Below, piece after piece: positions 26,206 through 38,860 of a stretch of 64,000 nt of DNA. A model generated the notes under the pieces. The model saw only the letters and a list, made by a program, of their open reading frames with translations, was not told where the DNA came from and did not search any database. Position 1 is the first letter of the stretch; each line of letters begins with the position of its first letter. The DNA is from Pavona decussata. Lineage: Eukaryota. The stretch spans positions 62,001-126,000 of the forward strand of contig CDRNST010000244.1 of assembly GCA_977016875.1 (NCBI GenBank). Direction: 5' to 3'. Made by a program: the position numbers and the translations under genes.

Positions 26206-27410
26206 GTTCTCGTTTAAGGTTGTTTAATATCGTTTCCCTTGATATCAGACCATCGCGTTAGTTTTGAATTGAGAAGGCATTAGCTACAGTCAAGCTTCAC
26301 TGCGTTTTCGACAATTTTTGTCTCCAGTAAGACTAATTTTAATACACGCATTATTTTTCAGTAATCAAGAAAGTTGGCGTTTATATGGCTGCAAGCCTTG
26401 CAAATAACCCAGTTTCACAAATGTTTCATTTCGCAGTTTCTATTTTAGGATTTAAGAGTGTTTCTTACGCTGCATATCTACGCGGAAACTAAAGAGTTAA
26501 AAATATGTAAAGTTACGTGAATTCCTGGCAATGGGGTCGCTTTATCGGGGTTTATTTTAAAATCCAAAAAAAAAGTTATTTCCTCCGGTACTGGAGGTAA
26601 ATTACCTCCACTTGAGGCATTTTAGGATTATAGTCTTGTCAACCCAGAATTGGGGTTACATCAGTTTAGTAGTCAAAACGAGCCCCCCCAAAAACCTATT
26701 TTGGGAGTTAAATATAATAATTAAGCATTACTGTGTGTGTCATCGTGCGTGGCAAGTGCAGTGGAGGAGGTGAGGGGAGGGGTGTGAAGAATGGGAGCCA
26801 AAAGACATTTAACAACAGATTTATATTTGATGAAATTAAGAACAACTAGAAGTCTTTGGGCGGACCCGGGCCAAGGCAAGGTGCGTGCTCTTTGAAGCTC
26901 ACTATTTGGAGTTATCCCCCCCCCCCCGGGGATTCTTCTCAGAACTACTATTACCCGAGCGACCACGTACACCGGACATTGCGACTGCTTGTTCCTTAAC
27001 CACGGTGAAATGTAAAAAGCTAGCAAAGTCAATTAAAGATAAGGTGTTTGCTTTTACTTTGAGATGTTCAATGCTGGTAAGCTTTTTTGGTGACTGCGAG
27101 TTTACTAAATCGTTTTATGATTTACTTGCAAAGTTTCAAGTTTTTTTTAAAAGTGAAGTACGTGACCCATTCAATCAGTCTTCGTATACTTCACTTGTAA
27201 ATGTCTTGACACTTTTTTAATAAATCATAAAATGATTTAATTAGTAAACTCACAAACCTTCTCAGCTTTGAGTTGTCAAAGTAAAACTGTCTTTAACGAA
27301 CTTTTCTTATCGTTAACGTTTGACGGTGGCTAAGCTTGGTCGAAACCATTTACGTTGTACATGCACATCAGTATTTCATTGTTTTTCTAAGTGTTGGTTT
27401 CTCTCTACAG

Positions 27411-29094
27411 CCGCAACTCCCAGAGGAGCGCAACTCGGTGGCTCTGATAGTACAGAAGGACCAAGGAATTTTGTTGCCCCATCCCCTCCTGATGTCTCTT
27501 CAATTGAAAACATGATCAGTGAACTGAAAAGAAACATTTCATTGATCAAAACATTCATGGTACGTGACGAATTTACATAGCGTATCTCTTCAACAAGAAG
27601 CTCCGCTACAAAAGGACAAGTTGCTTCTTCCTCAGACATCTTTACCTTTTGCTGATGTGAGATGCAAATTAGACACCGTTCAGTCGTGGCAAGTCATAAC
27701 TCAAACTTCCTTTGAAAAAGTGTGCCTCGAAATTTCATAATATCACCACAGCGATATAAGAGATCGGTTGCTAAATCGGTTAAAAGAGATTATTCCGAAA
27801 AAGGAGCCAATTTTGTCAATAAGGATCGTAGACAAAGGAGCTTGTTTTTTGTCATTTTTTTACGCTCTGGTGGTTGATTGACAACTGAAGTTGACTGGGA
27901 TGGCTAGGCCAGGCTACTTTTATGTTCTCCAAGAAGGCCCTTTCTATTCTGTATCTGGAGCCTTTCTTGATGAAAAGATCCCCCCAAATTATCCTATACA
28001 CATTGTAATTCTTCACCTGGCTATAGACAAAATTTTCTATGTGTCTGATTGGTTTAACTTTTATTGAGGCAATCAGTGGGGGCATCGGGTGAAATAAGCG
28101 TCGAGGCTCTGCTTCTTGGGCTAATATGTTATTGTGTTCGGCAAACGTCAGATTGTTCTGACGAATGTTTTGAAATCCCGGACTCTGTGTAAACAAATTT
28201 CCAGTGGGGAATACCTATTCATAATCATCATAGTAATCATGTAAATTGAACACTTTTTATTTCGCTTAACTTTCCGCAGACTTACTGATTAGGTATCGTA
28301 ACAGTTAGTATAAGTTTCCATATATAAAATACGTCGTAACCAACGATTGAACCATTGACCATTGAACCATGCTCTTTAGCTTATTAATCTGGCTAGTTAT
28401 TTCGAGAGTCATTAAGTTTTATACTACTTTTTGCCTTAAATATAACAGTTGAAGGCCATAAAACGGAATTTTTACGTTGGAAATGTTTTAGAGATACATG
28501 CATGATTTCAACAGCTTTGATGATTTCTAAGGCAAGATTTTCATATTTTACAGAACACACTAAGGCAAGACATTCAAGGTACCAAAGGTGATTTGAACGA
28601 CGCGAATAGAAACATTAATGGCACCAAAGATCAACTTTCACAGATTGAAAGTGGCGCACAAAATTCCATTAGGATGGTAAGTCTTTTTTTTCTCTACTTC
28701 AATGTAATTGATTTATTTTTTGTCGGAAGGTGGAAAAGAGACTTAATAGACCATTTCCGAGGTGCTTTAAGCCTCATTATCAAAGCGAGGCTAAGTACAA
28801 AGTTTTAATTATAAACATTACCTTTAATGCATAAGCAAAAATCTAATTTTCAAATGGGAAGCTTTGCACTTAGCCTCAGTTTCATAACGAGGTTCAGAGC
28901 AATTCGAAAATGGCTTATTGAGTACATTATACACCGTGATATACTGTTTTCTTAACGAAGGGCAATTTTTTTTATGGACCGAATTGAAACGCAAAGAAAA
29001 TTTTAAACTTAATTAGTAAATGTTGTTGCCATCAATCTGGGGCGGAACAATTTTAATACATGAATGCCAAGGTAAACAAAGTCACAATGCGACT

Positions 29095-29157
<63 letters not shown>

Positions 29158-31691
29158 TAATAAAGACTTTATTAACAGCATTTCCACTAAGTGGCTCTTC
29201 ATTTGTTAATATCTAACTAAAATTAATTACAACTAAGACAAACTTAAGAAAAACGGTGTTAAAATAAATAACAAAATATGTGTTCCAAAAGCTAAATGAA
29301 AATCAATCACGGTCTGGACCTGGCTTTATCTTGTAGCAATTTCTTCGTCTTTTTACTTTAGTAGCGGTCATTACCCCTTGATCGATCAAAACAAAAACAG
29401 CCAAAAACAACAAAATTAAAATTGAGCCCGGGTGTTAGGAGCTACTAATCGTCTCACTTTATCATTAACTAAAGGTGAACAAACTAAAGTTTTGAAATGC
29501 TAAAAGAAGATATGGACACCATATTTACTCACCGCCTTACCGTTTGTGTATAACAGATTCAGAATATCAGTCAGAAGCTCGATGCATCCGTGAATGCGAT
29601 AAATGTGAGTTTCTTGCAAGAGCTGGATACAGTGAGAACAAGTTTTGACTCAAAGGTAAGCGTGGGACTGCACTCTTATAACGTCTAGTACTTTCCAAGC
29701 AGGTTGCTTTATACTGAGTTTTGTAAGGGCACGAAAACATTTAAAACGTGCAATTATATAGCGTGATCAGAGATGAAACAGCTCCATCTCATTCAGCGCT
29801 TTTTCTGAACCTACCTGTCGTATTTAGCACATATACACTTACAGATGCTTTATGTCATTTTTTCACAGTTGAACAACACCGCTCAAAACTTGCTGGATGC
29901 TGATAGTTCGTTGCAAACTCTTCTCAACACAATAAACAGTTCTTTGAGCTCCCAGGTAAATAACGACTTATTGAACAGTTTGTTGCTTCTTTTCGTATCA
30001 CTTTCAACGTAGATATAATTAAAGTCAACTTTCTTCAACTCGAAGTAATGGATTAGTAATCAGGACTAACATCAAACTCCACCCTCCTTATCCAGCTTCA
30101 AGCAGATAGTACATAATGTGTTATAATCTAATTTTTTTGGTTGTGTGTTATTATTTTTCTGCTTCAACTTTTGTACTCGCAAGAGTACAAAGAGAGTTAA
30201 CCTTGCTGACCTAGAGCCCATTTTACAGTCTGCGGTATCTGTTGTGACCTGGCCTTTAGGTGGAAGCGAGGCTGCAGTTGACTTTGTTTAGATACAAACC
30301 TAGCGACGCGACGAACCAAAGAACGTCTGTGTGAGAGTCCAATGCAAACATAATTGATTTTCATTTAAATTGTTCTAATGATCTCTAGTTTTTATCAAGG
30401 GAAAATCAACGGTAGCCTCACTGTTAATCAAAGCCAGGTCGCTTAGCACGCAACTGTAAAATGGACTTTTGGTAGCAGTTGCAAAAGCACCATGTTTCAA
30501 GTTAGGTATTGATCGTTACTTCTCCTTGTAGACTACAGAAACTGCAATAGAATGTTTCAGATAGTTGAATTCACTTAAACCTATCATTTTAAAGGATTAT
30601 GCGGGTTTGGTTTCGTGGTCAATAGAATGAAAATAATTGTTTCTAATATTCCTTGCATCATATCTCCTCCAGGTGCAAAGTATAAGTAAGTTGCGAGGCC
30701 CCACAGGACCATCAGGCTTTAATGGATCCCAGGGTGACTCGGGTCAACAGGGACCCACAGGGCAAAAGGGCGAACCAGGTCAAGTAGGCAGCAATGGAGG
30801 TCCTGGTTCCAAAGGAGATCCTGGGATTAATGGTACTGATGGTGTTGCTGGACAGCAGGGTAACACAGGACCTAAGGGTAATAAAGGAGAACCCGGAACT
30901 CCAGGGCAACAGGGACTGCAAGGGCCCCCAGGACCACAAGGTCCTCAAGGAGCTGGCAACTTCAGTCAGTGTATGTACAAGACGAAAACAGCCTTAGGAA
31001 CTCGCGGTGGAGAAGTCGTCGTGGATGAGACTCAAGGAGCGGTAAGTCAATTATGGCTTACATGTAGTGTTCAGCTACTACTAACTAGCATTCGGCAAAG
31101 AAATGTTCTGTTTGTTGACTGCGGTCTGCAACCATTTTACCACAAGAAACATTTTCTTCGCGGAGATTGGGAGATATAAAGACTTTGATAAACGTCAATT
31201 AAAAATCGTCTTTATTAATTTGTGGAATCGAGTTGTATGGTGTCAGATGTTCAATCCAGATCAAAATCACTTTTTAACACCTGAGGTTAGCTTATGCCCA
31301 AGCTTTGTTCAGGAATTCGAAGGCCATGGTTTTGTTAGTATTTGCAGTTCATTCCTGGATTCATTTTGTGGGGAGCCAGTTTCCATTTTTTTACATTAGA
31401 GGAGAGGTCTAAAAGTAACATATTACGTATTTATCAGAATTTTTAGTTTATTTTAGAGTAGACCTGTGCTAATGAGGGAATTTTGTTTTCTATCTTGCCT
31501 TCCAGAATCAGAAATTTCTTGGTGTTACTTGCTCCACACCCAATGCTGCAGAATATAACTTAGTTGTAGTGCTACCAGGAAACGGCGATATAATTTTTAA
31601 CTGTAAATGTAGAGGAGAATCCTCTCTGTTTTTACAGTCTGGCAGCACAGAGTGCAGAATTCATTACTGGGAGTGCCCACTGACAACTTAA
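27411..31691 (+). CDS. Gene A constant exons: coiled coil, 29 Gly-X-Y collagen triplets, 6-Cys C-terminal domain (class A scavenger receptor-like type II membrane collagen)
   Basis: Exons 27411-27559 (phase-1 acceptor), 28554-28676, 29557-29655, 29869-29955, 30673-31041 and 31506-31691 (TAA) are all GT-AG and in frame. Predicted products are 502, 509 and 491 aa with A1, A2 and A3. C-terminus ...NCKCRGESSLFLQSGSTECRIHYWECPLTT. Confidence 0.88.
28746..28919. mobile_element. Palindromic MITE (second copy at about 44100-44270)
   Basis: AATAGACCATTTCCGA...TTCGAAAATGGCTTATT termini with internal GAGGCTAAG / CTTAGCCTC arms. Confidence 0.65.
29096..29163. repeat. (AAT)n microsatellite
   Basis: About 20 tandem AAT units. 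Confidence 0.95.
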
Positions 31692-32929
31692 GCTGCATTA
31701 TCTGACTTGTATTTATCAACTGAAAAGCATCTAATTGCCTCTTAGAGTAGCTTTTATTTGAATCGACAGGTTTTTACTTAAGAACCAGTAACATCCTTTG
31801 AGACAAATTATCGATAAAACGTTTGTGTTATTTTATTTCATAGTTCTAAAATAGATTAAGAAAGGAATCTTGCCTTATGTTTGCTGCTCCTTTTATGGAA
31901 AACCAGTCAAAACTTCGGAAAACTATAGCTTCGCTTGCGTTGGTCCAATTTTCCCTGTCACAATCCCCATTTTTTTTGGTCTCTCCGGTCGACTAAGAAA
32001 TAAACCTTGTTTAGTTTTACGACTATTTCAATACGTTTTATACAAGAGGTTGGAAATATAGCTTTTATATGGAGTTAGCTCTTTTCCCTGTCACAATCAC
32101 TGTGCTTCCTTTTCTCTTTCTCTGGTAGAAAAGAAAAGAAAAGAAAAATACACGATTGAGCAGTGCTTCACTTAAACGTTTTATTAGTGTAGTGACCAAT
32201 AACTGAGGCAAGAGAATGGATGTCTTATAACAGTATCGTTACTTTTTTTTACATCATATGTCCAAAATCCCTTCATTTGTTTTCACATGTAAAATAATGC
32301 TCCTCGTCGTGATTTCACCTTTATCAATTTTAATTCACGTACTGTCTATACTTCAAAAACGTTATAGAAGGAAACTCAAACCTCTTCAAAGTTGACACGA
32401 CCAAGGAGAGAGATAAGTTTTTGCAGTTTCATAGTGGTGTCTTTCAGAAATGAAGTTAATGCGATTTTTGTTGTCTTTATCATGGCCGTCTCCCTGGCAA
32501 GAGGGTAGACGGTATTTTACATGTATATTAAATGTGTTTAATTGCCTTTTTATTATAATTTTTTATCACAACCGAGGTTAAATTAGGAGCATCTTCATTT
32601 TATGAAACAAAATACCATATATTTATTATGCTTACTTACAGTAAGTTCATCGTCTTCAAGCCTACTAAACACAGTGTGTTTCAAATGTTTTTATTTTAAG
32701 AACGGCATTTCGATCATAACATTATATTGGTACGTTTTTGTGGTATAAATCCTTTCTCGCTAAAATTTACACAGTGCAAACAGTTGAGCATCTTATATTC
32801 TCGCTTACGCATGCGTGTTGAATTTTTCCATCTTCTTTGGTTGTATTGGACAAAGACCATATATACACATAAAGGCTTGGTAGCCGTTCCTTCAGTTTTC
32901 CTTGGATCTAACTTTCTTGGATGCGATGG

Positions 32930-35900
32930 TCAGTGACCCTCATTCTTTTTCTTAAGTGGATCAGTTCCGCTATACGTCCTGCAAAAATGAAAAAAAAAAA
33001 GTGTTTTGGATGTTCGACATCTACCTATAGGCCGTGGTCAGACAATTTCTCGCGAACGTCTTACGAAGAATAATTCTCAAAAATTAACTACGAAGAGCAG
33101 AATTGATGCCAGCTTTGAGAAATCCGTGAATAGCCCACTTTGAAAATGAGTGATGGCCCGGGTCGAGAGTAACTGCCCAAGTGATTGTGGGATTGTTTGG
33201 GGGACGATAATAATAGGCAACGTCCCCCAAACCTTCCCACAATCGCTTGGACATCTACTCTCGACCCAGACCATCACTCTTTTTCAAAGTGGGCTGTACA
33301 ATCAGCGATTGTTGAAGTCGTTTCTCACTAACTGGCATTAACAACATTTTTTTTACAAAACCTCCCGAGAAAAACAAAATGCTGAGCGGTAATTTCTTTT
33401 GACGGCCTATCAATTAAATTTATTTTAAAAATTACTTTTATTACAATGTAATTTAATTATTCATATACAAGAAGTTATGACTTCATTGAACATTGTTATG
33501 GCCTGTGCTATATGCACTGGTAATTCATGGTACAAAAGATTGAATTGTAGTTTCGTTGTTTAACAAACATCTCTCTTAAAGGGAAATATAACTTTTAGAT
33601 CAAATTGTTATTCAAGTAGTAATTCGTCACGCTACCTTTTAGTAGCAGACCATGTATATATTGTTGTAAATAATGAAAACTCGTCAGTAAATTACTTGCA
33701 GTGGTAGTTACTTGTAAATTTTAGTCCATATTTAGTGTAATAATATGTAAGGCAATCGAGCCGTATGTATAAACTAATTGTAGAGGTACACATCCACTGA
33801 TGTGGAAAAATAAAGAAACTAAAAGTTTATTAGTCAATGAAGTGATTCAGTGGTAGTATTGATTTGAGGGGTGGTAATCAAACTGCGACGTCTGCGGAAG
33901 TGAGAGCGGCCAGAACAGCAATCCAGTCTCTTTCTCCAGTAAGCGCCTAAGCTCCCATTAGTTTCTGAATCGTATCGCTTGGACATTTGTCAGGCTTTAA
34001 AGGAAACCTCCGCTCTATTCGTTTAAAAAGGACCAAGCGACAGTGCAGCCCAGAATGAAGGGATAACATTCAAATTGGTTACCTTGAGTCTCCTGAATTG
34101 TGTTTCTTTGCTTCGAGCTTTCTAAGAGAAGAACGAACAAAATTGATCTGCATGTCCTTCTCCGCCTGAAAATGCAAATCAAGTGGGGGTCTACATAACT
34201 GAATAACTTTGTAGACCAATATTGATGCGATATTGGCGTTCCCAGCACTCAGCAGATAAGCTCAGATAATGGTTTGTACCCAAGTGCGGATCGACCTTAG
34301 GCAATTTTCTTTACGATCGCGACGCATCTCCCTTTGAAGGTGTACAAATAAAGGGTACGGCATACCATGATCCAACAAACGTTTCTATGCGTTACAAGAG
34401 ATAACCCTAGTTCTTCGTTGTTTAGCTAGCGCAGTACCCCACCTCTGTTCTAGGTCCAAGCTCCATGTAGTTCTTACTCGCTTGAAGGGCCTTGAACTCG
34501 ATTTCATTAACATCACTTACTCTCACATTCGTGCTATGGGAGCTCACGATCACGCAGCAATTTCCCGGACAATAACGATAACAGGCGCGCAAACATCACT
34601 AGTTGAGGGTTACGGTTAAATGCTTGTTTGAAAACAAAAAAAGAAATACGCGTCATTAAATTGATGTATTTTTCTTGCAGATTAAATTCGAACTTTTACA
34701 ATTACTTGGCAACTCCCAAAATGTAAAAGCGTGAAGGATGTCCTTACCAAACTCTGCCGCAGGTTTTTCACATTCTCTTCAAGGGCCTTTAATCTCGCTA
34801 AGGCTTCGCTGTCTGCAGCAGCAGATCTCTGAAGCTTTTCAGAAGAAGCTAAAAAGAAAAAAAAATAGTTTACTCATCTATTTCTGCAGTCTGTTATGCA
34901 AGGTCCATTAGATAACATCCATGGAATACCCTATGAATGTTAAGGTGGATATGTTCCGCTGGGCCAAGATCAGCTGTATTTTGTAACACTAGCGATTGGA
35001 AGAGTGGATGTCTAGTAACAGGCTTGTTTTGGACCAGAGCAAGACTAAGGCGATGCTCTTGGGAACTAGGCACAAACTAGAGATCACTTCAGACTTTGCT
35101 ATTCATCTGCAGGGAAAGCTGTAACTGCCTGATTGAGCCTATTTTTTGGCTATACGGATTTATACACTAAACATTGCAAAACTCGCGCTTTGATTGGCGT
35201 AGCAGATTAGAGTACAGGCGCACAAATCACGTCATTGAGTGGTGTGACCGGCGCACGTGATCGAAGAATAAAGTCCAGCCAGAGTGACTTGTCAACAAAG
35301 TTTTGCAAACTGTTTTAAAGTCCGTGGATGAAATCTTAAAGTGTGGCCATTCTACTCAAAATATCGATCAGTACTTTAATTAATTTTTCATATGGCGCTG
35401 TTTATTACACAGCCCAAAGTGGTTCTAACTTTTGAGTCTGTGGACTGATAAGCAAGAATGATCTCAGGTTGTAATATATAAATACGGAAGTTAAAAAGAG
35501 GAACATAAATTAATTAACTGCTTAGCAACATTGACGTAAGTCGGTCGGTATTCATGAATAAAAGGATTATCGGTTTTGAAAATGACTAATCCCGCTAAAA
35601 TGATAAAATGACAATGATTAACTTAAGAACGGGACAAAAGTCTCGGTAATTAGCTTCCCCTGTATCTCTCCCTAGCTCGAGCTCTCCGTTAACCCTTTGA
35701 CCCCTGAAGACGCCTATAGGCGCGCTTTCATATATAGTGTACATTTTGCTCCAAAAGAAGGGGCCAAAGGCACTTTCTAGGCCCCAGGCCTCCTCTACTA
35801 TTGCAAGAAACAACGTGATTCAAAATGGCGTCTATTTTAGCTAGATGTTTTTAGTTTTCAGGGGAAAATTTTCAATTTTTTTCGAAGCATTGTTTACAGA

Positions 35901-37491
35901 TGTCATCTGGTGATTTAACATTGGCATCCTTCTACTCAGACATGGAGGAAATTCATCGAATTGTGATGGAAAGACCCGACATTAGCAATGTTTTGTAGGA
36001 GTACAGTTTCGAGTACGAAACCGCCGATTATTCTTGCCCAGAAGAGACCGAAAATGTGAATATTGTCGAAGCATCAAGAGAACGGCATCTCATGCACGTG
36101 CAAATCGTGATGGACAAACATTAAGATGGAAACCAGTTCGGCAACAATGCTGTAGAAATGAAGGGAAGACTCTAAACCTGAATCGAAGCGGTTTGGATTT
36201 TTTATACAATACGGAATAACCACAATTTTCAGGCCCCAACCATGGATCAACTCATGCCTTTGAGGTCGATATCAGTCCGACTATATTTTTTGACAAGCTG
36301 TTTTCAGGTGAAGTGTGATCCAAGAATGAAAACGATTGCTGATTGTTGTAGCTTATATAGTATTCAAGTGATATACTGATAGTTGGACATCAGTAGCTTG
36401 CATGGAGGGTAATAAACTTGGACCCATGACAGCAAATGTGATTTTTTTTTCTTTTCTGGCGGACATTTTGAATGACTAACCAGACTAGTTAATAATTAAC
36501 AACATATTGTTTACATTTTCAAAATGCTCATCTGATCTACTTTCTAGAAATATATGGTTATGTATGGTTTGGATGAAAACTTAAGCTTTTATTAGCCCTT
36601 TCCTCTGTCCATGTCAATTTTTAGCAAAACTTAGTAAAAAATTCAGGGGTCAAAGGGTTAATAGATCTTATAAGCAAATACATGCATGCGAGCAGAAGTT
36701 ACCAACTATACATGTGTTAGGTTAAAGCCGCGATTTGCAAGCATTTGAAAGCGCCCGTGGCGTTCACTTAAGTAATGTTCGTAAAAGCTACTGCAAGACG
36801 ATGAGAATAAGCTGTAACGAACATGCACAGCTGAGTATGTTCGTGAATGTAATAACAATGTATGGAAACAGTCGTATTCCTTCTCCGAGTTGTGCTTCTA
36901 TATGCTCCATTGATTTCTAGTAACAAGCAGCTTGGAAGAACGAGGGCGTTTGTGCTTCATAACAGTTATCAGTTGTCCCGAAGGTCCTTAAAAAATGCAT
37001 AGCACATGGCATGCTGTTTCTGCCATTTGTTCTATGTCTACTCTCCCTAGGTTAAATGATTGAAACAAACTACTTCAAGGCAGAGTGGGAAACGTGTTCT
37101 GTACTATAACATTAACTGAATCTTGTGTACCGTGTTGGTGTTTTGTCAATCCTGTTTCGCCCGATCCTCCGAAGCAAGTGTTTCCAAATAACATCAGCAA
37201 AGTCATCACAATCGCTATCACTGACGCTAAGAACGCGATGACCATCAACGTAAAAAGCAGACGATCAACAAGAATGTCAGTCGTAGGCAACGCTTCACCT
37301 ACGCCTTCTCTTCCGGGGGTCGCCGCGTTGTTCGATGTTTTGTCCACCGCTTTATCTTCGATTTCACTATCATTCTGACGGGCAGTCTTTTTCGCCTTTC
37401 TTTTAATCAACTTTGTGGCACAATCCTCTTCATTGTTGTTATTGGGGCGTTGCAATTTATCGATTTCTTGGTGTGTCTTAGCCACTGACAT
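32930..37491 (-). CDS. Gene C: short type II membrane protein with a coiled-coil-only ectodomain, paralogue of genes A and B
   Basis: Exons 37491-37131 (ATG, TM RLLFTLMVIAFLASVIAIVMTLLMLFG, phase 1), 34848-34748 (ASSEKLQRSAAADSEALARLKALEENVKNLRQSL), 34165-34083 (AEKDMQINFVRSSLRKLEAKKHNSGDS) and 32978-32930 (RTYSGTDPLKKKNEGH-stop). In frame, 197 aa. The first donor (G/GTACAC) is weak. Confidence 0.7.
33131..33298. mobile_element. Foldback MITE
   Basis: AGCCCACTTTGAAAA...TTTTCAAAGTGGGCT termini; nearly fully palindromic. Confidence 0.75.
35693..36657 (+). mobile_element. Non-autonomous piggyBac element with a decayed transposase N-terminus, in gene C intron 1
   Basis: Perfect 16-bp TIR CCCTTTGACCCCTGAA, with TTAA at 35689-35692 and 36658-36661. 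Internal peptide FSGPNHGSTHAFEVDISPTIFFDKLFSGEV resembles the region preceding the piggyBac DDD core. Confidence 0.85.
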
Positions 37492-38483
37492 TATCTCTTC
37501 TTCACGCGTTGTTGTCTAAACGTTTCAAATGTCGACAAAATCAGACACCGTTTAATGAATGCAAAGTCATGCCACCCAGCTCAGACACCTCACAACCTGA
37601 CGCCAGCAACTAATTTGAAGATCAGTACCACCGGAACATCAGGCTCCTTATGTTTTCGTGAGACTCCTCCCCCCCACCCCCCAAACTCCTCCCTCAAATT
37701 ACACCCCCTTTCTCCATCTCAAAAAAAAAATGAGGATAACCTCGGCATGACGACCATTGAGGGGTGGACCCTTTTACGGACAAAAGTTGACCTACATTAC
37801 TGGAATGGAAGGGGGAAAAAGACAATGTCGACTCCCAGAGTCAGATGTGGATGCTGGGCCGCTTAGCATAGCCCTATATGGACACGTGCCACCTCAAAAG
37901 GGTACGATTTATATGCAGCTTTGGTCTAAAACTGAAGTTGCAGATATTTGCCGTTTCTCAAGTCCAGGACGTAGGTTTGAAAATTCATTTCAAAAATCAG
38001 ATCGTTTGGTCAGAAATGGGGGTTAACTAACCTCGTCCTCACGCCTTAATTCGTTCGTCGGGCGAGCAGAGCTTTATGTCGGAGCAATTAATGCCAGTCC
38101 GGATCATCTCAACGGGTGATGTTTGATTGGTTGCCCGGCGCGCTGACTGCATGGGGACGAGGCTATGGTAGGTAACAGAACCCCCACCCTAGCCTGTTCC
38201 ATAAGGAATCCAGTTAGTAGATCCGGCGAAAGGCTAAAATAACAAAGCGAACGCGAAAACTAAACGCGATGGTATCGTTGACTGGGATTCCCTTAAGTCT
38301 GCTTCTCCAGTCCCCCTGGAGTGCCTGATGGGGCTGATTTTAGCCTTCCGCGGGCCCTTGTATCTGAGATCCAGCAACAGGCTACTCCCGCCCTCCTTTA
38401 CCCAAATAGCAAAGACTACATTTTCCCAAGCCCTACTTGCTAAAAAACTCCTTGACAAGTTTTTTTTTCCGCGTTTGAGGTGT

Positions 38484-38484
<1 letters not shown>

Positions 38485-38520
<36 letters not shown>

Positions 38521-38524
38521 CATC
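38485..38524. repeat. (CAT)n microsatellite
   Basis: About 13 tandem CAT units; they explain the poly-M and poly-I ORFs. Confidence 0.95.
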
Positions 38525-38570
38525 TTTGCGCGCCAGTAGGCGCGTAAGGCCGAGTCTGAGGCGTATTAAA

Positions 38571-38860
38571 GTGTCAAATGTCACTTCCAGTTGGGTACAA
38601 TACCGCGCAAGACAGCAGACTGGGGATAGTAGAGCGGTCACGTCAATACAGGAACGCTAGTGTCGTGATTTATAGATTTCTCTACTCCTCAGTTGTTTTA
38701 TTCTGAGTATTCAACAATTCCACATAGTTTTCTTCCTCTACAACTGAGGCATAGAGAAAACGTGAAACTAGCGTTCTTGATCCTGTTGACGTCACAGCCC
38801 TACTATCGCCAGTCTCCCGTCTTGCGCGGTGTTGTACCAAACCGGAAGTGAAGTTTGACT
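38571..38860. repeat. Foldback (inverted) repeat, MITE-like
   Basis: GTCAAATGTCACTTCCAGTTGGGTACAATACCGCGCAAGAC... is the inverted complement of ...GTCTTGCGCGGTGTTGTACCAAACCGGAAGTGAAGTTTGAC. Confidence 0.75.

Noticed and set aside
34440-34540. Extra coiled-coil-like exon in gene C intron 2
   Set aside because: The nearest acceptor gives a phase incompatible with the flanking exons.
38234-38660. ORFs with poly-Met or poly-Ile
   Set aside because: Products of the (CAT)n microsatellite and neighbouring repeats.
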